Part shown: positions 45,066 to 48,255 of the stretch, piece by piece
Layout: each line of letters begins with the position of its first letter
Position numbering within the stretch: position 1 is the stretch's first letter
From: Methanosarcinales archaeon
Lineage (GTDB): Archaea; Halobacteriota; Methanosarcinia; Methanosarcinales; Methanocomedenaceae
NCBI GenBank assembly: GCA_030600695.1
Contig: JAUVLO010000001.1
Coordinates: 1-48,255, forward strand
DNA: 48,255 nucleotides
Direction of reading: 5' to 3'
Translations under genes and position numbers: made by a program
The notes under the pieces: generated by a model
The model's database searches: none
What the model was told of the DNA's origin: nothing
What the model saw: only the letters and a program-made list of their open reading frames with translations

Positions 45066-47363
45066 ATGACAAATTTGGGAACACTACTTCTTAACAGTAC
45101 ACTTATATTCAGTGTATTATCCATACTACTGCTGCTGTACCGTGAATATTCAGGGGCAAAGGAAATAACAGCCCCAGCCAGGTGGACCATCCGGATATCG
45201 ACCCTGTTATCAGTCCTGACCATGCTGCTGTTGATCTATTATTTCCTAAGTTCTGATTTCAGGTTCATCTATGTTTCCCAGAACTCATCCACGTTATTAG
45301 GTCCAATATATCAACTGGTAGCTACTATTGCGGTGCAGGATGGTGCGATGCTGTTATGGACTGCACTTGTATTTTTGCAAATATTATGGATAAGCGAACG
45401 ATATGACATGGATTCCAGGTTCTTCAGGCGCATGGTAATCATAATGCTGGCCGTGGGTGCCCTATTCACCTACGTGATCGCTTACAAGTCAAGTATGTAC
45501 CCCTTTGAGACCTGGTATGACGTCTGGGGCAGCCAGTATAATATCCCTGTGGACTATGCAATGGCTGAGGGTGCAGGATTGCGTCCCATATTAAAGGACC
45601 CCATAATGGCCATACACCCGCCGTCCCAGTTCGTGGCATATGCCACCACACTGATACCATTCGCTGCTGCCCTGTCCTTCATGATAACGAGTGGCGTAGG
45701 CAAGCAGTGGGAGAAGGTGCAGCGCCAGTGGATACGTTTCTCATGGTTCTCTATGTCCCTTACCCTGATACTCGGTGGTGCATGGATATACAAGCTTGCC
45801 CAGTGGGGTACACTATCAGGCACTGGCAATATTTGGGCATGGGACCCTTACGAGACCACACCATTCATCGTGTGGATGATAATGACCATATACATGCACA
45901 TGTCATACAAGTACAGGACCGGCAGCGAGTATGAGGTGCTCACTCCCCTGTTCGGTACACTTACTTTTATCACAACACTCTATGCAGGCTGGGTGGCCCG
46001 CAGCGGTGCTGTCTCATCCACCCATGATGTGGGTGCGCTGCCCAGTGCCAGTATCTTCTTCTGGTCAACTATCCTGCTGCTGGCTGTTGTATTATACCTG
46101 TCTTTCATGAAGATCAAGGATACAAAGGATGAAGAAGGGGGAGGAGGAAAACTGTTCACCCATTCCCACATTTTCGACCTGACAGCCATATTATTAATTA
46201 TCCTTGCCTTTATTTCCTTTTTTGGCATTACAGCACCCATCTATTCCAAGCTGGTGATGCACGTAAACGCCAATCCCACGGAACGGGAATTCTTTAATAC
46301 GCTGGCGTACCCGTTCACTATGCTGCTGATGCTTATTATCGGTGTGTGCCTGCCGTATAAGCCTATTGTAAAGAAGATAGGGGCACAGAAGTATCTTATT
46401 GCCGCGGCTATTGTACTATTGCTCAGCATAATCTTTGCATTCATTGTACCTGGGCCTGAATATTACGTGATAAACCATTCCAGCCCGTTCTACGGGACTG
46501 CTTCGGGTATCACGCAGATGTTGGGCAGCCTGTCGGTGCTTAGCTACGTGCCTATCTTCCTGTTCTCGCTGGCAGCTATTGTGTACAGGTTCGCGCTGGA
46601 TGTCCGGGATACGAAGGATAGTAAACGATTGATAAAGCCCGCAGGTATAACCCTGGTACACCTGGGTACGATCCTGCTGCTGCTGGGTGTTATTGTAAGC
46701 CAGTCCTTTGACGTGACCTACAGGATAAGTTACACTGATTCTGAGTTGGGTGAGATACAGTACGTCAGCATCGGGGTGCTTGACGATTATGGTAATTATA
46801 AGGATTACACTGATAATCCCCTAGGTCTTGAGCTTGTGCTCAACAATGGGGCTGCAACACATACTGTGAGCACCAGTGACAGGATGGTGGAAGGCCTGAC
46901 AAAGAATGCTTTCCACATCAACCTCTACAGGGACGGCAGGAAGGTAGCAACGGGTGCGGCACTTTTCTGGATCGAGCTTTATGATGAGAACCTGGATGGC
47001 ACATTCGAGCGGGTGGAGTGGACAAATATCATGGATGATGAGCATCTGTTCACGACATACCATGTGAAGTACGGCGGCCGGATAAGTAACGGATATAATT
47101 TCGTGATCAAGGAGATTCCGCTTATCAGTGCTGTGTGGATAGGGGCAGCCATGATGTGTATTGGTGTGCTGCTTACTTTTGCCGACCAGCAGTTGTTCGG
47201 GGTAAAGGAGAAGATCAAGTTTAAGGCGAAACCGAGGATTGCGCCTGAGGCACCTGCGAAGAAGGCGGGGGGCAAGAGGAGGAAAACGGCACCTGAAGAG
47301 CCAAGTGCTGCTGATAGGTATGAGAATATGTTTATGGAAGAGCTTGAGGCTGCGAAGAAATAG
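45066..47363 (+). CDS. cytochrome c maturation protein, CcmF/CcsA-like heme handling membrane protein
   Basis: Polytopic 765-aa protein with the Trp-rich motif ..LGGAWIYKLAQWG...WAWDPYETTPFIVW..H.. resembling the WGxxWxWDPxE heme-handling signature. The C-terminal tail is basic. Confidence 0.75.
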   Translation: MTNLGTLLLNSTLIFSVLSILLLLYREYSGAKEITAPARWTIRISTLLSVLTMLLLIYYFLSSDFRFIYVSQNSSTLLGPIYQLVATIAVQDGAMLLWTALVFLQILWISERYDMDSRFFRRMVIIMLAVGALFTYVIAYKSSMYPFETWYDVWGSQYNIPVDYAMAEGAGLRPILKDPIMAIHPPSQFVAYATTLIPFAAALSFMITSGVGKQWEKVQRQWIRFSWFSMSLTLILGGAWIYKLAQWGTLSGTGNIWAWDPYETTPFIVWMIMTIYMHMSYKYRTGSEYEVLTPLFGTLTFITTLYAGWVARSGAVSSTHDVGALPSASIFFWSTILLLAVVLYLSFMKIKDTKDEEGGGGKLFTHSHIFDLTAILLIILAFISFFGITAPIYSKLVMHVNANPTEREFFNTLAYPFTMLLMLIIGVCLPYKPIVKKIGAQKYLIAAAIVLLLSIIFAFIVPGPEYYVINHSSPFYGTASGITQMLGSLSVLSYVPIFLFSLAAIVYRFALDVRDTKDSKRLIKPAGITLVHLGTILLLLGVIVSQSFDVTYRISYTDSELGEIQYVSIGVLDDYGNYKDYTDNPLGLELVLNNGAATHTVSTSDRMVEGLTKNAFHINLYRDGRKVATGAALFWIELYDENLDGTFERVEWTNIMDDEHLFTTYHVKYGGRISNGYNFVIKEIPLISAVWIGAAMMCIGVLLTFADQQLFGVKEKIKFKAKPRIAPEAPAKKAGGKRRKTAPEEPSAADRYENMFMEELEAAKK

Positions 47364-47456
47364 GCGGGCTTGATGCTTCTTTTTTATGATATATAAAGTA
47401 TAATTTTCTTCTCAAATCTCGATATACTGGTTCTAACATAGTCGATATTGCATCAA

Positions 47457-48223
47457 ATTTCAATCCTTGTTTTAGTGGATGTCGGTCTGCGATCTGCTAC
47501 GGAAGCCACGACGATTTCTGTATCATTGAGTTTCAATCCTTGTTTTAGTGGATGTCGGTCTGCGATGGGACAATGTCGGTGACATAGATGACATTCATCA
47601 AGTTTCAATCCTTGTTTTAGTGGATGTCGGTCTGCGATATATTCATAGCAATGTACGCAATGAGACAGAGGGGAGTTTCAATCCTTGTTTTAGTGGATGT
47701 CGGTCTGCGATTTTTATTATCTAACATGGATTATATTATTATTAATTAGTTTCAATCCTTGTTTTAGTGGATGTCGGTCTGCGATCCTAACTTATCTTGT
47801 TTTTCCAACAACTCATACTCGTTTCAATCCTTGTTTTAGTGGATGTCGGTCTGCGATAAAAATAATAAAATTCGAAAAGAGCGAGATTGAAGGTTTCAAT
47901 CCTTGTTTTAGTGGATGTCGGTCTGCGATTGTGGGTGCAGGCGTTGGAAAAGCGGGTGGGTTAGTGTTTCAATCCTTGTTTTAGTGGATGTCGGTCTGCG
48001 ATGAATCACAACGACAAGAGCTGCAGAAGACGGTACAATGTTTCAATCCTTGTTTTAGTGGATGTCGGTCTGCGATTCGATCTCCTTCGATTCCTTCATC
48101 CCAGACGTATTTGGTTTCAATCCTTGTTTTAGTGGATGTCGGTCTGCGATTCAAGTATGGAAAATCATCTACGATTGTTGTTTTCTGTTTCAATCCTTGT
48201 TTTAGTGGATGTCGGTCTGCGAT
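47457..48223 (-). CRISPR. CRISPR array, 11 repeats of 37 nt and 10 spacers of 35-37 nt
   Basis: On the + strand the repeat reads GTTTCAATCCTTGTTTTAGTGGATGTCGGTCTGCGAT, starting at 47457, 47530, 47602, 47675, 47749, 47821, 47893, 47966, 48040, 48114 and 48187. Its reverse complement ends in ATTGAAAC, so transcription is probably from the minus strand. The repeat at 47457 has A instead of G at its first + strand base. Confidence 0.95.
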
Positions 48224-48255
48224 TTTTACTTATAGTTTTAATTTGTTATATTCAA

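Noticed and set aside
47697-48193. ORFs of 95 aa (+, 47697-47984) and 70 aa (-, 47981-48193) with the repeated peptide FNPCFSGCRSAI
   Set aside because: They are translations of the CRISPR repeats, and the peptide repeat is simply the 37-nt repeat read in frame.
48224-48255. AT-rich 32 nt after the last CRISPR repeat, considered as a leader or a partial twelfth spacer
   Set aside because: It cannot be decided because the window ends before a further repeat could appear.

Overview
The window looks like a chromosomal segment of a methanogen-related archaeon, probably Methanosarcinales or ANME-2/Methanoperedens-like. This is inferred from gene content only: Fae-Hps fusion, archaeosine tRNA-guanine transglycosylase, CDP-archaeol synthase, archaeal phosphopantothenate synthetase, the thiolase/HMG-CoA synthase/DUF35 trio, a tRNA-Gln with an A1:U72 pair, and cytochrome c maturation genes.

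Housekeeping blocks:
- Fae-Hps and an MFS transporter.
- An HSR1-like regulator-cdc48-hsp20 heat-shock operon.
- acs and a KaiC-like ATPase.
- The first mevalonate-pathway genes.
- carS-pyrE-tgtA, a GT2 glycosyltransferase and a CcmF-like protein.

Accessory material interleaved with them:
1. An AT-rich archaeal type IV pilus (Tad/FlaI-like) operon at 1532-7529.
2. Four paralogous AAA+ ATPases with a C-terminal D...E-x-K (restriction-endonuclease-like) motif at 7756-13927 and 33125-34546, next to a decayed IS transposase.
3. A two-gene Septu-like (PtuA ATPase + PtuB HNH) defence islet at 20941-22892.
4. A rearrangement hotspot at 32609-36553 with three copies of an RNase H-like exonuclease gene (one intact, two decayed) bracketing an ATPase and a DUF4258/DUF2283 pair.
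5. A CRISPR array at 47457-48223 with 11 repeats of 37 nt and no cas genes in the window.

Structures not explained by genes:
- At least 8 intergenic MITE-like elements or palindromes. Their hairpin cores are built from tandem heptamers that differ between copies while both arms co-vary. One copy has a filled-site/empty-site pair inside the window.
- A perfect CTAAC-N5-GTTAG palindrome followed by a 14-bp-period chain of GTTA-N-TAAC units in front of the heat-shock operon.
- An inverted pair of a ~65-nt conserved element, each followed by a variable hairpin.

All calls rest on reading the sequence and ORF translations by eye. No database search was run.
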